Below are positions 9,923 through 19,104 of a DNA stretch of 64,000 bases, in pieces (within the stretch, counting starts at the first letter, position 1; every line of letters begins with the position of its first letter). The notes under the pieces are model-generated. The model did not search any database, was not told where the DNA came from, and saw only the letters and a list, made by a program, of their open reading frames with translations. Position numbers and translations under genes: made by a program. The DNA lies in NCBI GenBank assembly GCA_963674695.2, contig CAXXGI010000001.1, forward strand, positions 800,001-864,000, written 5' to 3'. Origin of the DNA: a bacterium. GTDB lineage: Bacteria > UBA10199 > 2-02-FULL-44-16 > JAAZCA01.

Positions 9923-11194
9923 TTACCCACCGATTTCGACGAAGTGCAACGGCAGATCGCGGATGCGCACCTCGGCCTGCGTTCCGGCACGCATATCGCG
10001 CACCTGGGCGATTCCCTTGGTGATCTCGTCGTCGCCAACGATCACGACCGTCTCGGCAGAGAGCCTGTCGGCGCGACGCATCTGCGCCTTGAGCGACTTG
10101 CCCGCATAGTCCCAGACCACGCGCACACCGTCGCGGCGAATCGTCTGGATGAGAGGCAACACCGCATCGCGCGCCTTCTCGCCAAGCACGGCGAAAAAAA
10201 CCAGATCCTGCGCGCGACCATTGGCGCGCTCCATCTCCAGCAGCAGGATCAAGCGCTCCATGCCGAGGGCAAAGCCCACGCCCGCCACATCCGGACCACC
10301 CAGTTCCTTCACCAATCCGTCGTAGCGACCGCCGGCGGCGACGGCATTCTGCGCGCCGAGCTTGGTCGTCGTGAATTCAAATGCGGTGCGCATATAATAG
10401 TCCAGCCCTCGCACGATGCGCTCGTTCACGGAGAAGGGAATCTCGAGCTGTTCGAGGGCGGCGCGCACCGCGGCAAAATGCGGTTCGCATTCTCCGCACC
10501 AGAACGTCGAGATGCGCGGGGCTTGTTCGATGAGCGACCGACAGGTCGCTTGCTTGCAATCGAGGATGCGCAGCGCGTTGCGTTCGAGCCGACGCATACA
10601 ATCGGCGCAGAGGTCTTTCTGATGTTCACGAAAGTACGCGACGAGGGCTTCGTTATAGTTCGGACGACAGACGTTGCATCCGATCGAATTGATCTCGAGC
10701 GTGAGATCTGATAGCCCCAACTCGCTGAAAAAGTGCGCGACCATCGCCATCATCTCCGCATCGGCCAAGGGGCTATCGACGCCGAGCAGCTCACAGCCGA
10801 TCTGATGGAACTGACGCTGGCGCCCCTTTTGTGGACGCTCGCGCCGAAACATCGGACCACCGTAGAAGTAGCGCGCGATCGGATCGGTCTGAAAGACGTT
10901 TCCCTCGATATAGGCGCGCACGACCGACGCCGTCCCCTCCGGGCGCAGCGTGAGGGGTTCATCCCCCTGATCGACGAAGCTATACATCTCTTTCTCGACG
11001 ATGGAGGTCGTCTCGCCGACACCGCGGCGAAAGAGCTCGGTGCGCTCGACGATCGGCGTGCGGATCTCGCCATAACCGTAGGTCGAAAAGATCCGGCGGG
11101 CCTTTTCTTCCACCTCCTGCCAGAGGAGAGTCATCGGCGGCAGGATGTCGGGCATCCCCTTGACGGCGCGAATTTTATTGTGTCCCTTGGCCAT
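9923..11194 (-). CDS. hisS: Histidine--tRNA ligase
   Basis: LRPEGTA, FRRERPQKGRQRQFHQ, VRGLDYY, AGGRYDGL. Confidence 0.98.
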   Translation of the reverse strand: MAKGHNKIRAVKGMPDILPPMTLLWQEVEEKARRIFSTYGYGEIRTPIVERTELFRRGVGETTSIVEKEMYSFVDQGDEPLTLRPEGTASVVRAYIEGNVFQTDPIARYFYGGPMFRRERPQKGRQRQFHQIGCELLGVDSPLADAEMMAMVAHFFSELGLSDLTLEINSIGCNVCRPNYNEALVAYFREHQKDLCADCMRRLERNALRILDCKQATCRSLIEQAPRISTFWCGECEPHFAAVRAALEQLEIPFSVNERIVRGLDYYMRTAFEFTTTKLGAQNAVAAGGRYDGLVKELGGPDVAGVGFALGMERLILLLEMERANGRAQDLVFFAVLGEKARDAVLPLIQTIRRDGVRVVWDYAGKSLKAQMRRADRLSAETVVIVGDDEITKGIAQVRDMRAGTQAEVRIRDLPLHFVEIGG

Positions 11195-11280
11195 ATGGGG
11201 TCTGTGCGTACCAGATGCGACATGGGGCGTCAATCGCGCGACTTGCTAACACCTCGAAAAACAGCTACTATCGGAAAACC

Positions 11281-12363
11281 ATGCACATCCGACACCTTTT
11301 GATCCTCGCCCTCTGCATCACCTTCCTTTCGGGATGCTACAATCCTTTCAGCAACTTCCTTGACCTCTTCGACGGCGATGGCGACGGCAATGACGATCGC
11401 AATGCCTCTCCCGATCGCGTGATCGAAGCGACCGATCAGTTCGCGCTCGCCATCGGCGGCGTGGCCTCCGGGCGGGATGAGCTGGTCATCTATAATGATG
11501 CCGGAGACATCCGCAGCTTCGATGGCCAGACGCTCGTCTGTACCGCCGAGGACAACATCGTCCATATCGGAACGCGCCCGGGGTATACAACCGCGGCCGA
11601 AGGCAGTGGCGTCCTGCTCACCGCGATCGAGCCGGGGGTGACCGCCGTGCACTGCACCGTGGATGACGCCGCGCTGTCGGCCGTCTACGAGATCACCATT
11701 CCACCGCAGTCGCTCATCCAGATCCTGGTCGCCGAAGGGGCACTGCCGATCGCCGAGGAGGCCGAACTCGACGAGGAATACGAAGACGAGGATGTCGTCA
11801 TGCTCGATAGCGTCAGCCCCACGGCCAGCGCCCTGGGCGCGGTCATCCGCAACCGGATCGATCGCATCAACATGAACGACGACCCGGGACTCTTCAATGC
11901 GGACGAGGAGGACTACGACGCCGACGCACCCGCCTCCTATTATGATGCGGTGATTTATGCCGAGGACCAGTTCGAGCCGACCGATCGCGAGAACGCTGCG
12001 TATGAGATCTTCTCCGATGCGCAGGATCGTAACTTCCTGGAAGACGACTGGCGCATCGCCTACGACCAGGCCGTGATCACCGCCGCCGGCATCTTCAACC
12101 GCGACATCGCCGACCCCACGACCGGGGCATTCGGCTTTCGCTCACCGACAGAAGGCGAATGGAGTGTCATTCAGGAGGGACTCTGGACGCACACGCTCGA
12201 GACCCCCGACGGCGCGGGATTCTCCGATGCCAGCTTCCCGTCGCTCGCCCCGATCCAGCTCCTCATTCTGCCGGACGCCTACACCTACGAGGACGGCCGC
12301 CCCGCCTTCGTCTATGCCCGGAAGCGCACGAGCTCCGACTTCGCCGTGACCAATCAGCCGTAA
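11281..12363 (+). CDS. Lipoprotein with Ig-like segment and C-terminal SleB/Hydrolase_2-like cell wall hydrolase domain
   Basis: Lipobox FLSGC; ILVAEG..ALGAVIRNRI..AVIYAEDQF..DPTTGAFGF follows the SleB motif order (AE..V.NR..VIY..QF..DPT.GA..F). Matched by eye. Confidence 0.6.
   Translation: MHIRHLLILALCITFLSGCYNPFSNFLDLFDGDGDGNDDRNASPDRVIEATDQFALAIGGVASGRDELVIYNDAGDIRSFDGQTLVCTAEDNIVHIGTRPGYTTAAEGSGVLLTAIEPGVTAVHCTVDDAALSAVYEITIPPQSLIQILVAEGALPIAEEAELDEEYEDEDVVMLDSVSPTASALGAVIRNRIDRINMNDDPGLFNADEEDYDADAPASYYDAVIYAEDQFEPTDRENAAYEIFSDAQDRNFLEDDWRIAYDQAVITAAGIFNRDIADPTTGAFGFRSPTEGEWSVIQEGLWTHTLETPDGAGFSDASFPSLAPIQLLILPDAYTYEDGRPAFVYARKRTSSDFAVTNQP
12325..12363 (+). repeat. Gene-3'-end direct repeat, copy 1 (coding RTSSDFAVTNQP*)
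   Basis: cgcacgagctccgacttcgccgtgaccaatcagccgtaa. Confidence 0.9.
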
Positions 12364-12446
12364 GCACCCATTTGACCGACGAGATAGCTCATCGTTGACT
12401 CATTCGAAACAAAGAAGATGGGGAATTGATACTTCTTCGACACAAC

Positions 12447-13001
12447 TTATCCGCGCATTTCTCGAACAAGCTCTGCAAAAACCTGGATACCATTTCGGTC
12501 AAGCGCCGCATCGAATTGTTCGAGCCATGAGACGATGAAGGGTTCATTGAAGGCGGGGTTTTTGAGCAACATCGACTTCACATCTTCGAGATCACGCGGA
12601 CGACCGGCAACGATCTTGTGGATGATCACATCCTCGAGCGAGGCATACCGAACTGTAACGCCGTCGATATCCACTTCGCGAGCACGTTGAATCGCATCGC
12701 GTTCATAGGGGGAAAAGGAGAAAACGAGATCCACACGAATGCCGCTGATGTCATCGCGCAGGGGAAAGACCATCGTGCGCCGGACAAACGATTCGTCATC
12801 CTTGAGCGCCGTCAACCCGAGCCCCCCAATGGCATCCTTGACCTTCGCAAAATCTTCGACGCCGACGCCCAGCGTGACATCGATATCGCGCGTCAGGCGC
12901 GGTTCTCCATAGATGAGCACCGCCTGGCCGCCAATCACCATATAGGGAATCGAAGCCTGGTTGAAGGATTGCGCCAATTTTTTAAGCAGCTCTTGAAACA
13001 C
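12447..13001 (-). CDS. Nucleotidyltransferase-fold protein (AbiEii/DUF6036-like)
   Basis: YMVIGGQA..PRLTRDID..EDVIIHKIVAGRPRDLED; GTG start at 13001 overlapping the upstream ORF. Confidence 0.8.
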   Translation of the reverse strand: MFQELLKKLAQSFNQASIPYMVIGGQAVLIYGEPRLTRDIDVTLGVGVEDFAKVKDAIGGLGLTALKDDESFVRRTMVFPLRDDISGIRVDLVFSFSPYERDAIQRAREVDIDGVTVRYASLEDVIIHKIVAGRPRDLEDVKSMLLKNPAFNEPFIVSWLEQFDAALDRNGIQVFAELVREMRG

Positions 13002-13188
13002 GATTGACCGCCTTGGCGACGCGAATATCCACTTCGATTCCTTCGAGTGGATCTTTGGGAGGAAAAACACCGAGAGCGATGGCCTCGGCATGCATCGCAT
13101 CGAGCAAATTCAGTTTTTGCGCGATAGTGAGGTCATCGTGTCTAAGAAGTTCTCGTTCAAATGCATGCCATTCGGATCGATCGTTCAT
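12982..13188 (-). CDS. Small helical partner protein (putative antitoxin of the NTase)
   Basis: 68 aa ORF overlapping the NTase start; two-gene TA-like layout. Confidence 0.6.
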   Translation of the reverse strand: MNDRSEWHAFERELLRHDDLTIAQKLNLLDAMHAEAIALGVFPPKDPLEGIEVDIRVAKAVNRVSRAA

Positions 13189-13230
13189 GCACCAATGCTA
13201 ACATAGGCCCACGCGACAAACAAGCGCAGA

Positions 13231-13416
13231 CTTAGTCCACACTTCCATCTATACAGCGATGAGATACTTCTGCTCTTGCGCTATGATTCAAAAGAGATCT
13301 GGGAGGCACTCGATATATCGAAACAAGGCGCGATGAATCTCATCAATCCACTGCTCAAGGCCGGCATCATCGAACGCATCGGAACGAGGAAATCGGGGAA
13401 GTATATTTTGAAGTGA
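13231..13416 (+). pseudogene. 3' fragment of a winged-HTH protein (Fic-family C-terminus-like)
   Basis: ..KEIWEALDISKQGAMNLINPLLKAGIIERIGTRKSGKYILK*; no start or RBS seen. Confidence 0.55.
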
Positions 13417-13427
13417 CCTCACGCCGC

Positions 13428-13466
13428 CGCACGAGTTCCGATTTTGCGGTGACCAATCAGCCGTAA
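13428..13466 (+). repeat. Gene-3'-end direct repeat, copy 2
   Basis: cgcacgagttccgattttgcggtgaccaatcagccgtaa; 35/39 identical to copy 1, all four differences synonymous. Confidence 0.9.
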
Positions 13467-13498
13467 AAAAAACCGTGGCATCGGGATCGACGCCACGG
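13465..13498 (-). terminator. Intrinsic terminator for paralog A
   Basis: ccgtggc..gccacgg hairpin next to an A8 run (U-tract on the minus strand). Confidence 0.6.
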
Positions 13499-13550
13499 CT
13501 TCATCTCCTCTTGAAATCGATCAAGCCTCTTCCATGATCGCAATGAATTC

Positions 13551-14507
13551 CTAGTGCCAACCGTACTCGCTGTCGCGGGGCGCGGCGAGCAGGCCCGACT
13601 CGATCATCCGACGGGCGGGATCGGTGGAGACCACGCCCGGAAACGCGGCGGCATATCCGCGGAGGAGATCGAGGTGCGTGGCCGCACTGTGATCGATCGC
13701 CGCCAGCGCATCTTCGCGGTCGGTGGGCTGATGGAACTTTTGCATAACAGATGCCCGTTTTAAATTGAAATACGCAGATGCAAAAAATTGGCAACATCCC
13801 AGTACGGTGCCTATGTGACCCACAGCTTCGACTAAGATCTGTGCATTACGCCCCAAATATTCACTCAGACTAGACATCGCACCAAATAAAACAATTGCGC
13901 CAAAAGCGAACCATGCAGACTTTATCTGTGATATTTCCTTGCGCACCGCCGACAGCGCGCACAGGTTCGTATAGATGTTGCCCCCCAGCGCATGCGCGAG
14001 CGTCGCACCGGCCTCCGGCGTGATGATCTCGCAATCAACCGCACCCTTCAACGATGCACCCTGAAGGGCCGGATGGATGAGCATCGAATCTGCAAAGAGC
14101 CGATCGCCCGGTTGACTGCGCTCGCGCATCGTATCAGGGCTCGCCGGAAAGAGCGGAATGCCGAACCTGTGCCCATCGATGTATGTCGCCAACGCATCGA
14201 TCCTTTTGCTCAAGACGGGATTGAACTCCTCGATGAATGCGTCGCGGTTCTTCGCGCCCTGCTGGCAGAGCCCTCCATTGGAGGCAAATGCCAATTCCTG
14301 TTGAACGAGTTGCCGATTCACAGCAGCGACCGCTTCCGAAGGATCGGCATCGGCAAAAAGCCCTTGGGTTCCCTCCAGCAAGTTTCCCTCCGGACTTCTC
14401 TCGAGCAACGGCTCGGTATAGACGGGACCCTGCATCGCCGTCGCGATCTCCTGCCAGCCGAATGCCATTGGTGCTGCACCTGCGGTCATCGCATTCATGA
14501 ATGTCAT
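13551..14507 (-). CDS. Orphan membrane-associated protein, paralog A
   Basis: RBS gaggagg then ATG 14507; clear similarity to 14847-15797 (GWQEIA, GxPLFP, ALAAIDHSA..HLDLLRGYA..STDPA.RMIESGLLA). Confidence 0.8.
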   Translation of the reverse strand: MTFMNAMTAGAAPMAFGWQEIATAMQGPVYTEPLLERSPEGNLLEGTQGLFADADPSEAVAAVNRQLVQQELAFASNGGLCQQGAKNRDAFIEEFNPVLSKRIDALATYIDGHRFGIPLFPASPDTMRERSQPGDRLFADSMLIHPALQGASLKGAVDCEIITPEAGATLAHALGGNIYTNLCALSAVRKEISQIKSAWFAFGAIVLFGAMSSLSEYLGRNAQILVEAVGHIGTVLGCCQFFASAYFNLKRASVMQKFHQPTDREDALAAIDHSAATHLDLLRGYAAAFPGVVSTDPARRMIESGLLAAPRDSEYGWH

Positions 14508-14629
14508 CGCATCCTCCTCGTCGTTAATCCCCGATAAAACTTCCTTTAGCCCATATATCGCACATGGCCAGGATTTGTTGCGAGTTTTCCAAACAAGTAC
14601 GCCGGATAGAGTTGTCTCCGCATGAGGCT

Positions 14630-14715
14630 GGATTCCCCGCCTGCCTCGCGAACGCTCGGCGAACGGGCAAGAAGATTGAAGCTCTCCCGCCGGAGGCGGG
14701 CAGGCGGGAACGACA
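14630..14715. repeat. REP/dRS3-like palindrome (partial)
   Basis: ggattccccgcctgcc..gggcaggcgggaacgaca, related to 29233-29355 and 32821-32891. Confidence 0.6.
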
Positions 14716-14740
14716 GCAGCACACTGGATTCCACCGCTGT

Positions 14741-14776
14741 ACGAGTTCCGATTTTGCGGTGACCAATCAGCCGTGA
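14741..14776 (+). repeat. Gene-3'-end direct repeat, copy 3
   Basis: acgagttccgattttgcggtgaccaatcagccgtga; identical to copy 2 over 34 bp. Confidence 0.9.
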
Positions 14777-14846
14777 ACACCAAAAAAATCGGGGACAGCT
14801 CTCTTTTGAATCGAGAACCATCCCCACATGAAATATCCACTTGCGA

Positions 14847-15797
14847 TCAGGCCCCTTCCATCTCCACAGCGATGGGCGCTTTCTTCTTCGGCTCCAAATG
14901 CAAACGCAGGTTCGAGGCGAGCAGCCCCGACTCGATCATCCGAACGGCGGGATCGGTGGAGACCGCGCCCGGAAACGCATCGGCATATCCGCGCAGGAGG
15001 TCGAGGTGCATACCGGCGCTGTGATCGATGGCCGCGAGCGCTTCCTTGCGGCCAGTCGGCTGCTTGAAAGCGGACATGGATTGCTCGCGTTGAGCATGGT
15101 GCCCAACAACGCGAACCGCATTGAGCAGTGCATGGCCCCACAACACACCACCCAGCAGGCGCGCTCCCGCTCGAAGAAAGAGCGTTCCAGCCGTTCCCCC
15201 TATGGCCATATCTCGAAAACGCACCTGTTGCCCAACAACGGTCCTCAAATCCCCCAACGCACGAAGGTTCATGGAGATATTGCCTCCCACTGCATACGCA
15301 AACGTCGCCACCGCTTCCAGTGAAAACAAATTGCGGTCAGCGGAGTGCTTCAGCATCGCCCCCGTCAAGGATGGCGCGATGAGATGATCATCGAGGCCAT
15401 CGCTCGGCGCACCGGACAACCTGAGCCGTCGCGGAAAGAGCGGAAGACCGATTGTGTGCGCATTGAGTTGCTGTGCAAGCCCCTCCATACGTCGGTTCAT
15501 TTCGGGATTGAGTTTTTGTACAAAACCGGAGATCTCCGATGCATCCGGCTCTTGGGAAATGCCACCCGACGCCGTCTGCACGAGATCATATCTTTCAAGC
15601 TTTTCATTGAGCACCGTTATCGCCCGCTGATCCTGCGTGTCGTCAAGAAGGGCGTTCGCCCGCTTCGTCAGTTCGCCGACAGGGCTATACCACGGATCCA
15701 AGGGCTCGACATAGACACCGTTCTTCATCGCACCGGCAATCTCCTGCCAGCCCATGACTGGCATCGACACTGTCGTTATCGAAGTCATGAATGTCAT
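14847..15797 (-). CDS. Orphan membrane-associated protein, paralog B
   Basis: Same RBS/start context as paralog A (tcatgaatgtcatcgcatcctcct on +); conserved N- and C-terminal blocks. Confidence 0.8.
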   Translation of the reverse strand: MTFMTSITTVSMPVMGWQEIAGAMKNGVYVEPLDPWYSPVGELTKRANALLDDTQDQRAITVLNEKLERYDLVQTASGGISQEPDASEISGFVQKLNPEMNRRMEGLAQQLNAHTIGLPLFPRRLRLSGAPSDGLDDHLIAPSLTGAMLKHSADRNLFSLEAVATFAYAVGGNISMNLRALGDLRTVVGQQVRFRDMAIGGTAGTLFLRAGARLLGGVLWGHALLNAVRVVGHHAQREQSMSAFKQPTGRKEALAAIDHSAGMHLDLLRGYADAFPGAVSTDPAVRMIESGLLASNLRLHLEPKKKAPIAVEMEGA

Positions 15798-15971
15798 CGC
15801 ATCCTCCTTGGCATTATGTTCAACCACCCCACGGATCGAACGGTTGGGACATGCGCCCTTTCTATCGCACAACACGAAAACAAGTTGTGCATTTTTTTGC
15901 ACAAAGGCGAAAAAACCGTTTTCTTTTGAGAACGGGAATAATGGCCGTTTACAGAGAGAACCGATGGAGAT

Positions 15972-16823
15972 CTATCGCCGTTCGGCGGGTTCGTCGGCGG
16001 GCTGGGCGGGCGGCAGGCGCAGATCTTCGCCGACCGCATCGATGATCTCGACCGGCAGCGGAAGCTCGGCCTTGCGCACGAAGCCCTCGAAGAGGGCGTT
16101 GTCGCAGATGACGTTGACCAGCCGCGGATTGCCCTTCGACAGAAGGTGAATGCGCGTGAGCGCGTCGATGGCGAAGACCTGTTTTGCGGAGCCGGCGTGG
16201 AAGAGGCGAAAGCGAACGTAGTCGATGAGGACATTCTCGGGGAGATTCTTGAGCTCACAGCGCACCGCGATGCGCTGTTTGAGCGCGGGCTCGCTGAGCA
16301 GACATTCATCAAGCGGCAGCATGCCGAACATGATGAAGGTAATGAGTTTGGCATCCGACAGTTCGAGGTTTAAGAGCCCGCGCAACTCTTCGAGCACCTC
16401 TTGTTTGCGCAGCATGTGCGCCTCATCGATGATGATGACGGCGCGGCGGCCATCATCGGCGATCACATTGAGGCGATCGTAGAGGCGGGTGAGCACATCG
16501 ACCTTGCTCCCCTCCAGATCCTCCACGCCGAGCTGCCCCGCGATGCGGCGAATGAGCCAGTCGCCGGTGACATCGCCGTGGAGCACCACGAGCATGGCGC
16601 ATTCAAACTGATCATCGGGGAGCGACTCAAACAGACGGCGCGCGAGAAGCGTCTTTCCGGTCCCCACGTCCCCCACGCAGACGCCCAGGCCCTTCATCCC
16701 ATCGGCCACGCGCTTGAGGCGGAGGAAGGCCTGGTCGTGCTGATCGTTGTGATAATAGAACTTCGTCAGCGGCATCACCGCGAAGGGCTCTTCCTTGAGA
16801 TCGTAATAGGCCAGATGGTCCAT
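15972..16823 (-). CDS. ExeA/GspA-family AAA ATPase
   Basis: YYDLKEEPF, GDVGTGKT, IIIDEAH, SKGNPRLVNVICDNAL. Confidence 0.92.
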   Translation of the reverse strand: MDHLAYYDLKEEPFAVMPLTKFYYHNDQHDQAFLRLKRVADGMKGLGVCVGDVGTGKTLLARRLFESLPDDQFECAMLVVLHGDVTGDWLIRRIAGQLGVEDLEGSKVDVLTRLYDRLNVIADDGRRAVIIIDEAHMLRKQEVLEELRGLLNLELSDAKLITFIMFGMLPLDECLLSEPALKQRIAVRCELKNLPENVLIDYVRFRLFHAGSAKQVFAIDALTRIHLLSKGNPRLVNVICDNALFEGFVRKAELPLPVEIIDAVGEDLRLPPAQPADEPAERR

Positions 16824-16841
16824 GCGTATCCTTCCCGCTCC

Positions 16842-18419
16842 TCACACAAACGAGATCTTCTTTTTGTTCTTCTCTTTCGCCTCTTCTTTCGGCTTTGGCT
16901 TCGCCGATGGCTTTGGCGGTGGGTGCGATTGCGCCTTGTCCGCGGAAGACTCCTCCGCATCCGGCGGCGCCGTGATTTCAGCCACATCCGGCCGGATCGA
17001 TGATTTCACCGCCGACGGCTCACGACCGGACAGCCAGGATTCGATCGTGTTCAGGTTGGCATCGACATCAGCGCCACCCAGGCCGCCCAGGCGACAGGCG
17101 CGATAGAGCTGCTGCGCTCGTTCGAGTTGCGCGCGCGCCTCATCGACGAGCCCCGTGCGGCGATAGACCTGGGCCAGGTTGAACGCCGCATCGGCGCTGT
17201 GCCGATCGGCGATGCTCGCCTTCGGCGGCGTCGGCGGCACTGCCGGTGCGACTGGTTTCGGCTCCGGTTTTTGCTCTGGCTCTGGCTCCGGCTCTGGTTC
17301 CGACACCGCCTCGGGCGCTGCCTTCGTCTCGACCGAAACGGGAGACTTCGCTTTGCGCTTTCCCTGAGTCTTCCCCTTTTCCCGATCCTGTCCTTCCACA
17401 TCCGACATCGCCGTCCTGCCCGTCGTCTCCTCCTCCTGCCGACGGATCTCCTCCTCCTCGAGGACCTGGCGTCGCTGGGCCGCGCGCGCGACGACATCGG
17501 GCATCGCCCCGGATTTGACCGCCTCGACTGTGCGTTCGAAGCGATCCTCTTCGTCGGGAAAGAGGGCGAGGATCTCGACATAGGCGTCGAGCGCTTCATC
17601 GACCTGCCCAGCCTCCTCCTCCACCTCGGCCAGTCGCATGAGCTTGGCCCGCGCGGTGTCGTTCTGATTTTGAGCGATGTAGAGTTCAGCGGCGAGTTTT
17701 AAAAAACCGGCGTCGTTTTCAACGACCTCGCCACCGGCTTCCAACCACTGCAGCGTCTTTTTGGTCTCGCCCAATCCATTATAGATGGCGATGAGCTTTG
17801 GCACCAGGTCGTGTCGTTCGGGGCGATGCGCCAAGACCTTTTCCAGGACGTCGGCGAGTTTAGCCTGGTCGCGCCCCTCGCGCTCGAGCTGGCGCGCATA
17901 CTCCTCATACTGATTGATCGCCTCGTCGATCTTTCCTTCGCGCTGATAGAGCTCGGCCAGTCGCACGCGCTGAACGCCGTTGTCCGGATCGAGCGAAACG
18001 ATCTTGGCGCGAATGTCGAAGACACGATCGATCATCGCGCGCATATCGAGCGCGGAGGCAAGGATGTCGTATTGGCGAATGGCATCGTGTTTGAGGCCCA
18101 TGCGCTCGTAGAGACCCGCGAGCGCCTCGTTCACATCCATCATCGAGGGATTGAGCCGTAGGATGTTCTTATAGACGGTGACGGCTTTCAGAAAGAAACC
18201 ATCGGCGGAATAGCTCTGGGCAACCTCGCGATAGATGCGAATGGCTTCACCCACCTGCTTGCGCTTCGTGTAGAGCTCGGCCATGCGCAGCTTCACCCGC
18301 AGATCGCTCGGATCGGCCAGGACGATCTTCTCGTACTCCCGGATAGCGCGGTCGAGCTTGCCCTCCTGCACAAAAGCTCGTGCCAGCTCCAAGATCTTTT
18401 CCTTATTGACCACGTTCAT
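16842..18419 (-). CDS. Tetratricopeptide repeat protein
   Basis: Multiple TPR-like repeats (AIREYEKIVLADPSD..), Pro/Glu-rich linker, KKKISFV tail. Confidence 0.85.
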   Translation of the reverse strand: MNVVNKEKILELARAFVQEGKLDRAIREYEKIVLADPSDLRVKLRMAELYTKRKQVGEAIRIYREVAQSYSADGFFLKAVTVYKNILRLNPSMMDVNEALAGLYERMGLKHDAIRQYDILASALDMRAMIDRVFDIRAKIVSLDPDNGVQRVRLAELYQREGKIDEAINQYEEYARQLEREGRDQAKLADVLEKVLAHRPERHDLVPKLIAIYNGLGETKKTLQWLEAGGEVVENDAGFLKLAAELYIAQNQNDTARAKLMRLAEVEEEAGQVDEALDAYVEILALFPDEEDRFERTVEAVKSGAMPDVVARAAQRRQVLEEEEIRRQEEETTGRTAMSDVEGQDREKGKTQGKRKAKSPVSVETKAAPEAVSEPEPEPEPEQKPEPKPVAPAVPPTPPKASIADRHSADAAFNLAQVYRRTGLVDEARAQLERAQQLYRACRLGGLGGADVDANLNTIESWLSGREPSAVKSSIRPDVAEITAPPDAEESSADKAQSHPPPKPSAKPKPKEEAKEKNKKKISFV

Positions 18420-18492
18420 CGAATGGAACCCTTTCGGATGAGACGGGCGCCTCCTGGAGAACAAACGGCATAAACGTATGTCAGATGAACCC

Positions 18493-19041
18493 TCACACGG
18501 CGACGGTCAGGGCATCGAGCCCATTGCGTGCCGCCTCGTTGGCGGGGTCGGCCTTGAGAATCGTGCGGTAGATCTCGCAGGCCCTGTCGCGATGTCCCTG
18601 GGTGGCATAGATCTTGGCCATCGTCACCGTGTTCCAAGAGGGCGCGCTCGATCGCTCCTCATGCGGGACGTGCGCAACCGCGGGCGCGGGCACCTTCATC
18701 GACATCTCCCCACGCGCCTCGCGCGCCTTGAGTTCCTCGATCTCCTCGAGCATGACGCGCGCCCGATCGTTTTCGGGCATGATGTTCAGCGCCTGCTGCA
18801 ACTCGTCTTCGGCCTCTTCCCAGTTTCCCCGCTTGAGATGGACCTTGGCCATGATGATGCGACCGCTCACGAGCGTGGGATAGCGCTTGATGCCCTCTCG
18901 ACAGACGGTAAAGGCCTCGTCGATCATGCCATAGAGGAGGAAATATTCGGCGACCGGCGCAAAGACGATGGAGGTCGGATCTTCTTGCCACTGTCGATAA
19001 TAGCGCAGAAACAATGAATTGTTCAGGAGTTCCGGATTCAT
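18493..19041 (-). CDS. TPR protein
   Basis: DPTSIVFAPVAEY.. and TVTMAKIYATQGH..ACEIYR TPR units. Confidence 0.8.
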   Translation of the reverse strand: MNPELLNNSLFLRYYRQWQEDPTSIVFAPVAEYFLLYGMIDEAFTVCREGIKRYPTLVSGRIIMAKVHLKRGNWEEAEDELQQALNIMPENDRARVMLEEIEELKAREARGEMSMKVPAPAVAHVPHEERSSAPSWNTVTMAKIYATQGHRDRACEIYRTILKADPANEAARNGLDALTVAV

Positions 19042-19104
19042 AAGTCTTTTGTGATTACACAAAAGGATCGGCTGAGGCAAGCTGGAACTCGAAAGGTATG
19101 ACCC

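Noticed and set aside
12325-14776. Three ~36-bp direct repeats read as a CRISPR array
   Set aside because: The spacing is over 1 kb, the repeat is a coding gene end, and there are no cas genes.
12325-15797. Classical integron or dif-module array
   Set aside because: No intI, no attC-type RYYYAAC..GTTRRRY palindromes, and no resemblance to dif.
13551-15797. Diversity-generating retroelement TR/VR pair
   Set aside because: No reverse transcriptase, and the differences are not adenine-specific; these are ordinary paralogs.
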